64,000 bases of DNA, from the IMG/VR virus record IMGVR_UViG_3300037483_000742, positions 1-64,000 of that record; one strand, written 5' to 3'. Positions 29,320 through 39,506 of the stretch are shown here, one piece after another. The notes beneath the pieces were generated by a model that was not told the DNA's origin, searched no databases, and saw only the letters and a list, made by a program, of their open reading frames with translations. The DNA is from a virus. The position numbers and the translations under genes are program-made. Within the stretch, counting starts at the first letter, position 1; every line of letters starts with the position of its first letter.

Positions 29320-30783
29320 TTATGCTCTAGAAAGAATCAATTCTCCACATTTGGTTACATCATGGATGTGAACACCACAAGATTTACCAACATGCATTTC
29401 ATAGTAGTCACCAGCATGTGCTGCCATGTGACCTTTAGAAGGACCAAATGGACCTACTGCACCATGAACATAAGTGAAAGTTTCAGCATCTTTTTTCTTC
29501 ATGTATTTAATGTTAGAAGAAGAGCTACCACCATCAGCAGAGAAATCTAAGAAAGTGATTCTTTGTGATTCTACAGGATAACCTGTAATTGGATCAATCT
29601 CAAAGTTAATCTCTCTATCATCATACAATGGATTATGCACCAATTCAAGTGTAGCACCATTTGCCATGTTGTATCTTACAAACTGATAACCTGCTTCTAA
29701 AGCATTAGTGTTAAGGTCAGATTTAACCTTGTTGGTAAACACTTCAACGTTTTTAATAAACCCTGATTTGTTCATCCAATCTTGGATAGCTCTGTGGAAC
29801 ATCAACATACCATACTCTCCAGTATATCCCTTAACATTACGTCCTCTTCCTGGTTTAGTTCTAGAGTAGAAAATATCCATCAAGAACTCTTCAATCAGAG
29901 TTGCAGTTAAGTTAGAATAACGGTGAATATGTGAATCTTCAAGTTGTTCTTGAATACCTGGGCCAGAGCGCACTGGTCTACCATTAGCACCTTTTACAGT
30001 GTCTGTAGAACGTGTATACCATACACCTCTTTCCAGTTCTCTGTACCACTGTTGCCAGTATTCTACTTCGGCATATTTCATCCATGAAGTATGATACTGA
30101 CCTTTGTTGTCAGGGATTGCTACTGCCAATACTTCTTGTGAAGCATAGTCAGTGATTTTGTATTTCTTTCTAAACTTAGACATTTTATTGCTAAGTGAAA
30201 GTGGTGTGCTGAATTGGGTAGAACCTGATTGTTCAGCAGCCTCTTCATAGAGAGAATACAATTTAGCCCACTGTTGACCAGTAGTTAAATATGTTACTGG
30301 GATAAAATCAGCAGGATCATCAGACATCATCCTTACTTCATATACCCATCCATCTCCATGACGTTGAACTTCAGATTCAACACGTACCTGAAACTTCTTG
30401 TTAGAACTTCCTGGTGAGAGAACATCTCCTGGTACATACCAGTTTTCATCTAGTTTAAGTTTAAATGGTCTTTTAAACTTACCAGGAGTTACATTTGAAG
30501 CAGGCATAACATTTTCCATTACAACTAATGGTCTTGTGTTAGCTCCTTTCAAATCCCACTCCCAACTAGTAGAGGTGATAGTTTCTTCGGTAGCTTTGTT
30601 ACCCATCAACATGGATAATAGTGGGTTGTCAGAATAGACATTTTGTGCTGAGAATAGCTGGTCCATTTTCCCACTAAATTTGTGTGGTTTTGCCAATAAA
30701 GCAGCTCCCAAATGGGATTGCTCCGTCATATTAGCATTCCACTGCATTTCTTTAGTAATTAACTTACTTCCAAGTGTTGCCAT
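29320..30783 (-). CDS. Major capsid protein (crAss-like)
   Basis: 487 aa; WEWDL, GPGIQEQLE and HNPLYDD...PITGYPVESQRITFLDF blocks; follows portal and scaffold. Confidence 0.9.
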   Translation of the reverse strand: MATLGSKLITKEMQWNANMTEQSHLGAALLAKPHKFSGKMDQLFSAQNVYSDNPLLSMLMGNKATEETITSTSWEWDLKGANTRPLVVMENVMPASNVTPGKFKRPFKLKLDENWYVPGDVLSPGSSNKKFQVRVESEVQRHGDGWVYEVRMMSDDPADFIPVTYLTTGQQWAKLYSLYEEAAEQSGSTQFSTPLSLSNKMSKFRKKYKITDYASQEVLAVAIPDNKGQYHTSWMKYAEVEYWQQWYRELERGVWYTRSTDTVKGANGRPVRSGPGIQEQLEDSHIHRYSNLTATLIEEFLMDIFYSRTKPGRGRNVKGYTGEYGMLMFHRAIQDWMNKSGFIKNVEVFTNKVKSDLNTNALEAGYQFVRYNMANGATLELVHNPLYDDREINFEIDPITGYPVESQRITFLDFSADGGSSSSNIKYMKKKDAETFTYVHGAVGPFGPSKGHMAAHAGDYYEMHVGKSCGVHIHDVTKCGELILSRA

Positions 30784-30816
30784 AATTAGTGTTTAATTTA
30801 TTTATTTTGTTTTTGT

Positions 30817-32037
30817 TTAGAAGAAATCAGCTAAAGAGCCACGCTTTTTAGGTGAACCTGATTTTCCTGATTTTGATGGTGTGTTTTTATGTCTTTGTAA
30901 TTCTTCTTTTGTCTTCTTTGCAACCTTATCTTCTACAGCATTTTCTATTGCAGTAAAATCAAAATTGCTTTTTAAAAGTTTAGCAATCATAATTGCTTTG
31001 TTATCATCTTGCAGAGCTTCATATAAATCCTTTTGCATTGTGGTAATATGCGCTCCATTTTCTAACTTGACATTCTTTTCTGTCATGTAAGTTGGCAATT
31101 CTTTTTTCTCATTTTTAGTGAGCTTCAAACTTCCAATGTTCTCTTTATCCTTTACAAGTTCAGCAACTTTTTCTCTAAGTTTTCTTGTGTTCTCTTTGTC
31201 TTGAAGGTTAGCATTTCTTTGTTTGATTAAAAGAGCTTCTTTTTCTTCTTTGTCTTTTTTCTCCCAAAGTTTATATTTACTTGCTGCAAACGTTGACATT
31301 TTATTAGAGTCTTTCAAGAACTCTATCTGAGCATCAATTGCATCTTTATCATTTCCTTCAAGAGCAAGTTGTTCTCTGATTACTAATTCTTGATTAACTG
31401 GATTTTTTAAGTCAATATTTGCAGTAATTCTACTTGAAACAGATTGTTTAGCCAAGTTTATCAAATATTGTTGGACGTTTCCACCTTCTTTAATAAACTT
31501 GAAGAAATTACCAGCAACTTCTGGCATATCTTTAACTATCTCTTCAATTCTTGTATCTAATCTTGCATCAAAATCATCTTCAAGAATTTCTTCTGCTAAT
31601 TCATCAGTCAATTCTTGACCTTCTTCTAATTCAAATTCAATTAAACCCTTCTCTTTTAAGTAATTTAAAGTTTCTGCTGGTTTAACTTTAGATTTTCTTT
31701 CTTTCTTTTTATCCTTATCTTTAGGATCATCACCTTCTTCTTCCTCTTCTTCCTCTTCTTCCTCTTCTTCTTGTTCTTCCTCTTCTTCTTCAGTTTCTTT
31801 TTCTTCTTTTTCTTTATTCTCAAAGAAGTCAATATCTGGTTCTTGTTCTTCTTCCTCTTCTTCAGTTTCTTTTTTTACTGGTTTTTCTTTGGCAGATTTG
31901 TTTTTATCTATTGGTAGCTCAATATCATCCTTAATAACTTTGTCTACCACAGACTCTTCTGTTTTGTTTTCTCCAAAAAAATCAATTTCGGGGGTATTCT
32001 TATCCCACTCAAAATTTACATCTTCATTGTCTTTCAT
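30817..32037 (-). CDS. Capsid scaffold-like acidic protein
   Basis: 406 aa with poly-Glu tracts, between portal and MCP. Confidence 0.65.
   Translation of the reverse strand: MKDNEDVNFEWDKNTPEIDFFGENKTEESVVDKVIKDDIELPIDKNKSAKEKPVKKETEEEEEEQEPDIDFFENKEKEEKETEEEEEEQEEEEEEEEEEEEGDDPKDKDKKKERKSKVKPAETLNYLKEKGLIEFELEEGQELTDELAEEILEDDFDARLDTRIEEIVKDMPEVAGNFFKFIKEGGNVQQYLINLAKQSVSSRITANIDLKNPVNQELVIREQLALEGNDKDAIDAQIEFLKDSNKMSTFAASKYKLWEKKDKEEKEALLIKQRNANLQDKENTRKLREKVAELVKDKENIGSLKLTKNEKKELPTYMTEKNVKLENGAHITTMQKDLYEALQDDNKAIMIAKLLKSNFDFTAIENAVEDKVAKKTKEELQRHKNTPSKSGKSGSPKKRGSLADFF
31735..31865. repeat. Coding TTC/CTC microsatellite encoding poly-Glu
   Basis: ttcttcctct runs; EEEEEQEEEEEEEEEEEE in the protein. 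Confidence 0.8.
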
Positions 32038-32041
32038 TGTT

Positions 32042-32073
32042 CAAATTTAAGATTAAATATTAATAAAATTCAA
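32042..32073 (-). promoter_or_regulatory. Bacteroidota-type promoter for scaffold/MCP (TTG-N21-TAAATTTG)
   Basis: TAAATTTG at 32049-32042 and TTG at 32073-32071. Confidence 0.6.
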
Positions 32074-32114
32074 GTTTCAAACTTAAAGTTAAAAGTTATG
32101 TGTAATAGCTTTTT

Positions 32115-34529
32115 TTAACTTTTCTGCTTGTTTTTTGTTTGTGCCACTTTAAGTTTTTGTTTTTCCAGGCTTATTTTTTCTGCATCTATTACTTTACTAT
32201 GTTCAAATTTTTCTCTTTCTAAGTTTACTTTGCTCTGCTTAATATCAGCATCCAGGCCATTCTTGGCTAGTTCTATGAAATCATTTTCTCCATCATCATC
32301 TTTATCTTGATCTGGATTGAAAGAAGCTCCCACTAGAGTTCCTTGAACAATAACTGTTTTTCTCTTTTCTTCCTCTTTGAGAATAACTAATTCTTTAGCT
32401 CTCTCATGTTCTTTTTCTTTTGCAGCTTCTGCCATTTGCTGCAATTCTTTAGCATGTTTAGCTTGATTTTCTTGTGACATCATTTCTGCGTCTCTTCTTT
32501 CTCTTTCAGCTCCTTTAAGAGTTTCTTCAGCTTCTACAACTCCTTCTTGTCTAATCACACTAATAATATCAGACAATTCTACTTTCTGATTTTGCAGTGC
32601 AGCATGAGCAAATTGTTTGATCATATCTTTGATCTCAGAAGCTTTACTAGAATCATCTACAAACAATCCTATAGTACTTCCATCAAGTAGACCCATATCA
32701 AGATTTAAAACTTTTCTTGACATATCATCCAGTACATAACTTAATTGTACTACTTGCTTTCCATGATAAGCTACTTTAGCTGTTTCAATAAGTGCAGTTA
32801 AAACATTTCTTTTTACATGTGCATGTAATTCAAAATATGGTTCTAGAATATTTGATGAAGCTGCAATATTAGTTCTGTTGTTTCCTACAGATTCATAAGG
32901 AGAAGTTTGACCTTCTACACCTGGAGTAATACCTACACTTTCTCCAGCTTGTTTTTTAAGATATTCTGCAATTTCAATATATTTTCCAATATCAGAAATC
33001 AAAGAAAGGTCTAATACTTTTGCTACGTTATTAGCATCCATAGAACTTCCTTCTTCATCTGGATTATAATATACAAAAGGAGAACTTTCTAAAAAGTATT
33101 GCCACTTCTTCACATCCATTCCATCAGTATCAGGAATAGCATTAATGTTCATCAAGATTTTTTTACCTTTATCTGAAGCTAACAACATCTCAAGTCTGTA
33201 CATTACTATGTTGAAATAGTATTGATAAACTTTAAGTCTATCCATCAAACAAGTAGGTTCAGAGTTTAAGTTATCACAAATAGCACCATAATAAGATAAT
33301 TTACAATGATACAAATTTGATAAATCTTTAAACTGTCCTTCAACTGGCCCCATTCTTACATGATGGTCATTTATTTTCCAACCTTCATATACTTCAGGAA
33401 TCCATTCTGTTTCAATTTTTATATCTCCAGCTTCTCTATTTAATTTATAGCTTTCATCAACTATTTTTTCTTTTTCTTCATCATTCTCATCTCTATAAGT
33501 TAAGAATTTTATTGGCCTTAAAGATTTCCACTGACAATGTAGAACCCTTACTGTATTTGCATAATCTTGATCATTGTAAGAATCAAAACTAAACATGCTA
33601 TCTCTTACAAAATCTACATTCACTTTTGCCTGTAGACTGTAAATTTCATCAATTTGTCTAGCATTTAATTCTTTTCCAAAATAACTGATAACAGTTGAAG
33701 GAGTCATTCTATACTCACATGTAGCAAATTCTCCATCTTCAATGAAATCTAAATCTGGAGATAAATCAGAATTGAATCTTAATGAATTTACATTCCATAC
33801 TTCAGGATGTCCATTCATTATACCTACATACATAACTTCTTTTGCAGAAAGATGTAAGTGTTTGAAAGCTTTATTGAATTTCTTTTTTAGATCACAAGTT
33901 CTAGAGAGATATTCAAGTAATTGATGTGCCATTACTTCAGCAGGGTCTTGATGTTCCCTCTCCATATAAGTTCTTACCTGTGCTGGAGTTTGTGATTGAA
34001 TTTCACTCTCCATTTGCTGTTGAAGTTGTCTTAATTCTTCTTCAGTTAATTGTCCTCCTTTTAGTTGCTCTTGATATTTGATCTCAATCTGTCTTCTGAT
34101 TGGTTTCATTATATCATCTACAACAAACTTTTTTATTCTAGAAAATTCTTCTTGTTCTATTCTGGTTGTTGCTTCAGAATTTGTAGCAATCACTTTATAC
34201 TGGAATGGTCTTTTAGCTTCCATTCCTAGCACTGATTTTATTTTTCCAGAAGAAATATCTCTGTTTACCATTTGTGCTGGAAGCTCTCCAGCTTCAGCTC
34301 CATAAGGTTTACAGACATGGTTGAAATCAGAAAGATTCAATTTGTTGTTAAACAAGTCATAGTTAACTTGCATCCTTCTGTATTCAGAAATGTCACCACC
34401 AGCTTCACTATAAAGATCATAATGACCACTATCTAATTGATCCATTTTTTCTTTATACCACTGAAAATCATTAGCTTTTTTCTGAGCTAATGTTAATCTT
34501 TCAGTTTGCATACCAGTGCCTTTTGCCAT
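32115..34529 (-). CDS. Portal protein
   Basis: About 804 aa from ATG 34529 (track begins at TTG 34553); NYDLFNN, EWIPEVYEGWKI, CKLSYYG and YQYYFNIVMYRLEMLLA blocks; follows TerL. Confidence 0.88.
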   Translation of the reverse strand: MAKGTGMQTERLTLAQKKANDFQWYKEKMDQLDSGHYDLYSEAGGDISEYRRMQVNYDLFNNKLNLSDFNHVCKPYGAEAGELPAQMVNRDISSGKIKSVLGMEAKRPFQYKVIATNSEATTRIEQEEFSRIKKFVVDDIMKPIRRQIEIKYQEQLKGGQLTEEELRQLQQQMESEIQSQTPAQVRTYMEREHQDPAEVMAHQLLEYLSRTCDLKKKFNKAFKHLHLSAKEVMYVGIMNGHPEVWNVNSLRFNSDLSPDLDFIEDGEFATCEYRMTPSTVISYFGKELNARQIDEIYSLQAKVNVDFVRDSMFSFDSYNDQDYANTVRVLHCQWKSLRPIKFLTYRDENDEEKEKIVDESYKLNREAGDIKIETEWIPEVYEGWKINDHHVRMGPVEGQFKDLSNLYHCKLSYYGAICDNLNSEPTCLMDRLKVYQYYFNIVMYRLEMLLASDKGKKILMNINAIPDTDGMDVKKWQYFLESSPFVYYNPDEEGSSMDANNVAKVLDLSLISDIGKYIEIAEYLKKQAGESVGITPGVEGQTSPYESVGNNRTNIAASSNILEPYFELHAHVKRNVLTALIETAKVAYHGKQVVQLSYVLDDMSRKVLNLDMGLLDGSTIGLFVDDSSKASEIKDMIKQFAHAALQNQKVELSDIISVIRQEGVVEAEETLKGAERERRDAEMMSQENQAKHAKELQQMAEAAKEKEHERAKELVILKEEEKRKTVIVQGTLVGASFNPDQDKDDDGENDFIELAKNGLDADIKQSKVNLEREKFEHSKVIDAEKISLEKQKLKVAQTKNKQKS

Positions 34530-34550
34530 AATACCTGTACTTGTAAATAA

Positions 34551-34558
34551 CAAATTTA
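34551..34558 (-). promoter_or_regulatory. -7 element TAAATTTG upstream of portal
   Basis: Between the terL stop and portal ATG 34529. Confidence 0.55.
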
Positions 34559-34559
34559 G

Positions 34560-36704
34560 TTAATTCTGCAACAATTTCAGTAACTTTTTCATATTTTTAT
34601 TCCCACTTCCATCCTCATACACTTTATCTAAAGTTTCTTCCTGGACTTGGATCATGCACATTATTAATGCTGAAACTGCATCGAAGTTACCTTTTCTATT
34701 GTATGCTATTAATTCTTCCAAAAGTCTGACAGAATATATTCTATCTAAATTTCTGATCTTATTTCCATCTTCATCATGATCTACTACTTCAAGTAACCAT
34801 TCTTTAATATATCTTTCTCCTGCATCTTTTAACTTGTCAGTCATGTGACATCCATAAACCCTTTTAACTTTAGAGTTTTGTATGTTTGCAGAAATAACTC
34901 TGTCAGGTTGAGCTGCTAATAAGTTAAGTCTTTTTATTCTTCTGAAGAAGTTCTTTACAGCAGTAACTTCATTCTCATGCATAATAGTTGTATTATAGAA
35001 GTCAGCTAACATTTCTGCTATCCTATCCATATCTTCAGGTGTTTCCATCCTTCCAATATATTCTGCAACTATATTGCTATGTAAGAAAGAACCTTTATGT
35101 ACTCCTTTATAAACTATAATACCTGCTAATGATGTTCCTTTATCCTGTCTTACAGGGTCATAACCTATTTTGTATAACCCTTTTGGTGGATTTGCTATAG
35201 GTTGTTCATAGATTACTACATGTCCTCTTTTGTCTGTAGGAAGATTATGATAACTTGTTATTGGTGTTGCTTTACCATTCAATATAGGTTTGCATTGAAT
35301 CTGACCTTCATGATAATAAAGCTCTACTGGAGTACCTTTTATGTTCTGCCAATCTCTAGCAATAACAAGTCTTAGTTGTGCTTTTAATTCTACTACAGGG
35401 AAGTTATTTACAGAGATGGAAGAGAAGGCTTCATTTGGCCCCATTGGTTTCTCCTGCATCCTTTGATTAATCTCTGTTGAGGTTGCACCATTTTTGATCA
35501 AATCTTCTCTGATCTTTAACTCTAATTCTTTAGCACCTTTCTGATCTGAATTACCTTGTTCATCATAGTAACCTTCCATGTTCCAGGTTATAGGATGGAA
35601 GAAACCACATTTAGTATCTTGCATTCCTTCATCCCAAATATTGTTGAAAGGAAGTAATCCAAAAGCTTCAGGTCTTGAATGCATGTCAGCATAATCTGCT
35701 GTTCCACCTTCCATATCTCCTGAAGTTCCAAACAATGTGATCATACCAGTTTTAATAGCTCCTGCCATTACACAATCCTGTGTTGCAGCATAAGAACCTT
35801 TTAGTAATCCTGGTGTTCCAAATGCTCCTGATTCTTCAAAGAAAATATCTTCAGCATCTTTCCCCCTGGCTGCATCTTCATTGTCTTTGAATGTTAAAGC
35901 TTGAATCTCTGACATCAATCCAAGTTCTAATTCAATACCTGCGGAATTTGTTTCAGAGTATGAAGCTCTGATATGATCTTGTCTTCTGATAAAATCTGAG
36001 GGAGTTGCCCAGGCTGTATGTTCATTGATGAAGTTTATGTTAGCCATTGCCATTGTAAAAATACCTTTAGGATAAAGATATTTTTTCTCATAAGCTCCAA
36101 AGATTGTATAGGATTCAGGTTTTGAGAAAAAGTTATTTGTAGCAATAGCTGCTGACTTTAGGGAATATCCTTTACGTCTAGATTTACCTACAATAATATT
36201 CCATCCACCTCTAAGATAATCAACTTCAATTTTAACTTCAAGATGTAGACTTTCATACAATCTTTTTAATTCTACAGCTTGACTTAAACTATCTAATTTT
36301 AAAGTTGCAGTTTTTATTTCATCATCTCCAATTGCATCAAGAAGACCTTCTTTAGCAATCATTCTTATCCAAAAGTAATTGTAATCTCCATCCCAAAAAT
36401 CTGGAAATCCTTTTATCTTTTTTGATTTACCTTTTGATTTATCATCAACTTTCATTATTGGACAAAAGTTGAGATAGAAATAATGTTCTCCTGTTATTTT
36501 ACTTCCTCCAATTGTATAACCTTCAGTACATCTTTTTCTTTGTTCATACCAATAGTCATACCATGCTGGAGATTCCCAAGGATCATTACAATAATAACCT
36601 TGCTTAATAAATCTTCTACCTTCTTCTCTGAATAATTGAGTATTAATCCAAATACCATCTGGATTTCTGATTGAATCTAATCTCCCGTCTTTATACTCAT
36701 CCAT
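34560..36704 (-). CDS. terL: Terminase large subunit
   Basis: ITGEHYFYLNFCPI; Walker A GKSRRKGYS; Walker B IFFEESG; nuclease GYDPV and GNFDAVSAL. Confidence 0.93.
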   Translation of the reverse strand: MDEYKDGRLDSIRNPDGIWINTQLFREEGRRFIKQGYYCNDPWESPAWYDYWYEQRKRCTEGYTIGGSKITGEHYFYLNFCPIMKVDDKSKGKSKKIKGFPDFWDGDYNYFWIRMIAKEGLLDAIGDDEIKTATLKLDSLSQAVELKRLYESLHLEVKIEVDYLRGGWNIIVGKSRRKGYSLKSAAIATNNFFSKPESYTIFGAYEKKYLYPKGIFTMAMANINFINEHTAWATPSDFIRRQDHIRASYSETNSAGIELELGLMSEIQALTFKDNEDAARGKDAEDIFFEESGAFGTPGLLKGSYAATQDCVMAGAIKTGMITLFGTSGDMEGGTADYADMHSRPEAFGLLPFNNIWDEGMQDTKCGFFHPITWNMEGYYDEQGNSDQKGAKELELKIREDLIKNGATSTEINQRMQEKPMGPNEAFSSISVNNFPVVELKAQLRLVIARDWQNIKGTPVELYYHEGQIQCKPILNGKATPITSYHNLPTDKRGHVVIYEQPIANPPKGLYKIGYDPVRQDKGTSLAGIIVYKGVHKGSFLHSNIVAEYIGRMETPEDMDRIAEMLADFYNTTIMHENEVTAVKNFFRRIKRLNLLAAQPDRVISANIQNSKVKRVYGCHMTDKLKDAGERYIKEWLLEVVDHDEDGNKIRNLDRIYSVRLLEELIAYNRKGNFDAVSALIMCMIQVQEETLDKVYEDGSGNKNMKKLLKLLQN

Positions 36705-36706
36705 AA

Positions 36707-37285
36707 TTAAATAGCTTTGAAGGAAGCTTTTTTAGCAAAAGGACTTACTTTTTTATCACTTCTCATTTTAGCTTTTGCATAAACTTCCTCTTCAACTTTT
36801 ATCTTCAGTGATTCAAAGTTTGTTAGAATTGCTTCTGTATCTTTCAAAGCATTAGTAACATCTTTAGGTTTCAACATTAGATTAAATGTCTTAGGATTTA
36901 CTTGAGTAAGATCAAAAGTATTATTGAAGTGTCTCATTTTTTCTACTGCTTTTTTAGCAGACAAATAATACTGATAACTTTCAGAAGCTTCTTTTTGAAA
37001 TTTATGAATAGCAGCTATCCCTTCTTTCATTAAATCATCTATTGGTCTGTCTTCTGAAAAACCTATAGCATTTCTAATTTCAGTTTCTTTCCTGTCTCCA
37101 CTATAACCTTTATAAGGATTAGTTTTTAAAACAGAAGTCATGAACTCAATATATTTGAACTCAGCTCTTGCAATTTCTTTGTCTGCTGATGTATCTCTTT
37201 CCCAAATTTCTTTAAAGGGAGAAATCAACAGAGTTTCAGGAGTGGGGATAACCGCCACTCCCTCTACAATGAATAAGTATGACAT
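36707..37285 (-). CDS. Conserved protein upstream of TerL (small terminase candidate)
   Basis: 192 aa, PFKEIWERDTSADK motif, helical, adjacent to terL. Confidence 0.45.
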   Translation of the reverse strand: MSYLFIVEGVAVIPTPETLLISPFKEIWERDTSADKEIARAEFKYIEFMTSVLKTNPYKGYSGDRKETEIRNAIGFSEDRPIDDLMKEGIAAIHKFQKEASESYQYYLSAKKAVEKMRHFNNTFDLTQVNPKTFNLMLKPKDVTNALKDTEAILTNFESLKIKVEEEVYAKAKMRSDKKVSPFAKKASFKAI

Positions 37286-37287
37286 AT

Positions 37288-37611
37288 CTATTTATATTTT
37301 TCTACTGTGACAGAGAAATTATCTGCTTCTCTTGCATACTTTAAAATACCATAACCTTTCATTTGTTTTTTTGGTATTTCATAGTAACCTTTTTCTCTAA
37401 TGTATTTGTTCTTTACTTCACCACCTATATCATAAAATTTATCATCTATTCTGGTAATACAGTGATTGTCTCTATCTGACCAGTAGGCAATAGCTTCAGG
37501 ATATATCAGTTTAAGTATTTTGTACAATCTAAAGCAAGAGCCTTCAGTAAAAATCTTATACTGCACATCAGCAGATTCTCTTAGTTCTTTTAAGAATAGT
37601 TCTATATCCAT
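37288..37611 (-). CDS. Small protein with candidate Cys-His-Asp triad
   Basis: GSCFRL...NHCITRIDDKFYDIGG. Confidence 0.45.
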   Translation of the reverse strand: MDIELFLKELRESADVQYKIFTEGSCFRLYKILKLIYPEAIAYWSDRDNHCITRIDDKFYDIGGEVKNKYIREKGYYEIPKKQMKGYGILKYAREADNFSVTVEKYK

Positions 37612-37613
37612 GT

Positions 37614-38207
37614 TTAAAATTCATCTATTAAACAATAAGTAAATTTCTTCTGTGGTCTTGTTGATCTCATTAAATTGTAATATTTTTCAGTATCATTAGG
37701 ACACTGACAACCAGTACTCCATTGACCAATTAAACTTTTGATAATTTTTGCAGTAGCATCATAAGAAACAGTATGAAAGTTAAGTCCATTATTACTCTCT
37801 AAAGTCCAGTTAGTGTTATCTCCTGACTTTTTATTTTTGTTTCCGTCTCTGATTACTTTGAACTCTCCAACCTGACGAAGACATTCCATGTTCTTACCAT
37901 TGTGTGTTAATGATCTTTCCCATACACTATAGTACCATTCATCGGCCTTGATTACTGCTGCACCATTTCTATTCCATTTCATGAAATTAAGAAGACCATA
38001 AGTTCCAGGATTTGTAGTACCTGAAAGCATAGTCACAAATTCTTCATCTTTAAAGACATAAAATTTATCATCAAATTCATCAGGAGAATCTTCATTCGAT
38101 CTTACTCCTAGAATCCAAACTCCACCTGGAATTTTGATAAAACTTGGTAATGATTTTACTTTATTTAAAAGTTCTTCATTGGTGTACTCTCTTACATTTG
38201 TTTTCAT
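37614..38207 (-). CDS. Putative lysin, L,D-transpeptidase (YkuD)-like
   Basis: ILGVRS..FDDKF..GTTNPG and GLNFH...WSTGCQ, a YkuD-like His/Cys pair. Confidence 0.6.
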   Translation of the reverse strand: MKTNVREYTNEELLNKVKSLPSFIKIPGGVWILGVRSNEDSPDEFDDKFYVFKDEEFVTMLSGTTNPGTYGLLNFMKWNRNGAAVIKADEWYYSVWERSLTHNGKNMECLRQVGEFKVIRDGNKNKKSGDNTNWTLESNNGLNFHTVSYDATAKIIKSLIGQWSTGCQCPNDTEKYYNLMRSTRPQKKFTYCLIDEF

Positions 38208-38506
38208 TTTCTTACAGTTGCTGTAAATGTGAGGGTTTGATTTGTACCATCATCATAATACAAGGTTATTGATTTTTTAGTTTTGTATTCTGTCTTGTTC
38301 TGTTGAATCAAATGCAAAGGAATGTTGGCAGGGTTGTAGCTTACAGTTAATTTTTTTGATGGTTTATCCCAGGATGGTTCACTACATCCACATGAAGAAC
38401 TCATATTCTTTATTTCTTTGAAATCTCCTATAGCTTGAAAGATAACTTCTTTCTTGATCTTTGGTCTTACAACTCCTAAACTAATTTCTGTCTGTTCCCA
38501 TTCCAT
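38204..38506 (-). CDS. DUF1573-like Ig-fold protein
   Basis: SSSCGCSEPSW motif and C-terminal KSITLY..LTFTATV strands. Confidence 0.65.
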   Translation of the reverse strand: MEWEQTEISLGVVRPKIKKEVIFQAIGDFKEIKNMSSSCGCSEPSWDKPSKKLTVSYNPANIPLHLIQQNKTEYKTKKSITLYYDDGTNQTLTFTATVRK

Positions 38507-38954
38507 ACTTTATTTTTCTTTTATAATGAACTAAATCAGAATTTTTGTAAATGTAGTAAATTATTTCTGTACTACAACCTTCACTTCCTCTGCTTGTTCT
38601 GGTTTCTTTTACTAACTTCCATTTATCTTTTTTGTAAGTTACTTCTTGCATTGATGCTAATTTTATCCAATTCTTTTTACTCAACATAGGAGGATAACAA
38701 GGTTTACTACAAGATTTATTTGCCATCTGTAAAGCTGTAGTTGTACATCCACACATCTGACAACTTCCTTGATCATAACAATCCGTGTTCATCACTTCTA
38801 TTCTCATTTCAATCTGATCTAAGATATGCCATCTTATTAACCATTGAAGTCTTGAGTAATAAAGTTTATACCTTAAATTACCAATCAAATAAGCTAAGAT
38901 ATTTTTAATTGTTTTCTTTTGTTCCATAGAAGATAGGCATACTTTTATTAACAT
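38481..38954 (-). CDS. Cys-rich zinc-binding protein
   Basis: CYDQGSCQMCGC...SCSKPCYP. Confidence 0.55.
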   Translation of the reverse strand: MLIKVCLSSMEQKKTIKNILAYLIGNLRYKLYYSRLQWLIRWHILDQIEMRIEVMNTDCYDQGSCQMCGCTTTALQMANKSCSKPCYPPMLSKKNWIKLASMQEVTYKKDKWKLVKETRTSRGSEGCSTEIIYYIYKNSDLVHYKRKIKYGMGTDRN

Positions 38955-39198
38955 CCACTTTACTTAAATCTACTACAGCCATCCTGTAACTTTCAACTGT
39001 TGCTCCATGTGCTTCATCAACTCTGTCAAATAAAGGATTTACTGCCATTGTAACTTCTACTTCAAATGGTTCTAGGTCTTGTAGTCCTTTAGGTTTAGGT
39101 ATGTAGTTATCCCAATCTTCTTGAGTCCACCACTCTCTTTCAAAATCACCAACACCATTTGGATTAACTGTTAACTTTTGTGTTATAAAATCTGTCAT
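38905..39198 (-). CDS. Small protein containing an MCP-like segment
   Basis: NPLFD..GATVESYRMAVVDLS resembles NPLYD..GYPVESQRITFLDFS of the MCP in this window. Confidence 0.55.
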   Translation of the reverse strand: MTDFITQKLTVNPNGVGDFEREWWTQEDWDNYIPKPKGLQDLEPFEVEVTMAVNPLFDRVDEAHGATVESYRMAVVDLSKVDVNKSMPIFYGTKENN

Positions 39199-39506
39199 AT
39201 CATATTATTTTGAAGTGATATAGTTATTTCTTTTACTCCATCAATCTTTATTTTTTCTGCCAGTTGTCTTTGGTATTCTAATATAAACTGATGCTTTATT
39301 TCTAATGCTAATTCATATCCTCTACCATCATCCATTATCTTTATAGTCTTTCCTTTCTGCAATGCTAATACACCTTCTTTAACATTTTTCTCATATTGTT
39401 TTTGCTTCCAATTATCTTCAAATTTTGGTTCAGGCATTATAACAGTTGGTTTTTGTCTTTTAAAAATTGTCCAATTCATATTATTTAATATTAAGATATT
39501 TTTCAA
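39195..39506 (-). CDS. Hypothetical protein
   Basis: 103-aa ORF in operon; true start may be the second Met. Confidence 0.5.
   Translation of the reverse strand: MKNILILNNMNWTIFKRQKPTVIMPEPKFEDNWKQKQYEKNVKEGVLALQKGKTIKIMDDGRGYELALEIKHQFILEYQRQLAEKIKIDGVKEITISLQNNMI

Noticed and set aside
2069-34305. Short plus-strand ORFs in the track opposite the virion genes, and minus-strand ORFs in the early arm
   Set aside because: They are antisense or off-frame shadows of long genes, with Ser/Phe/Leu-biased composition
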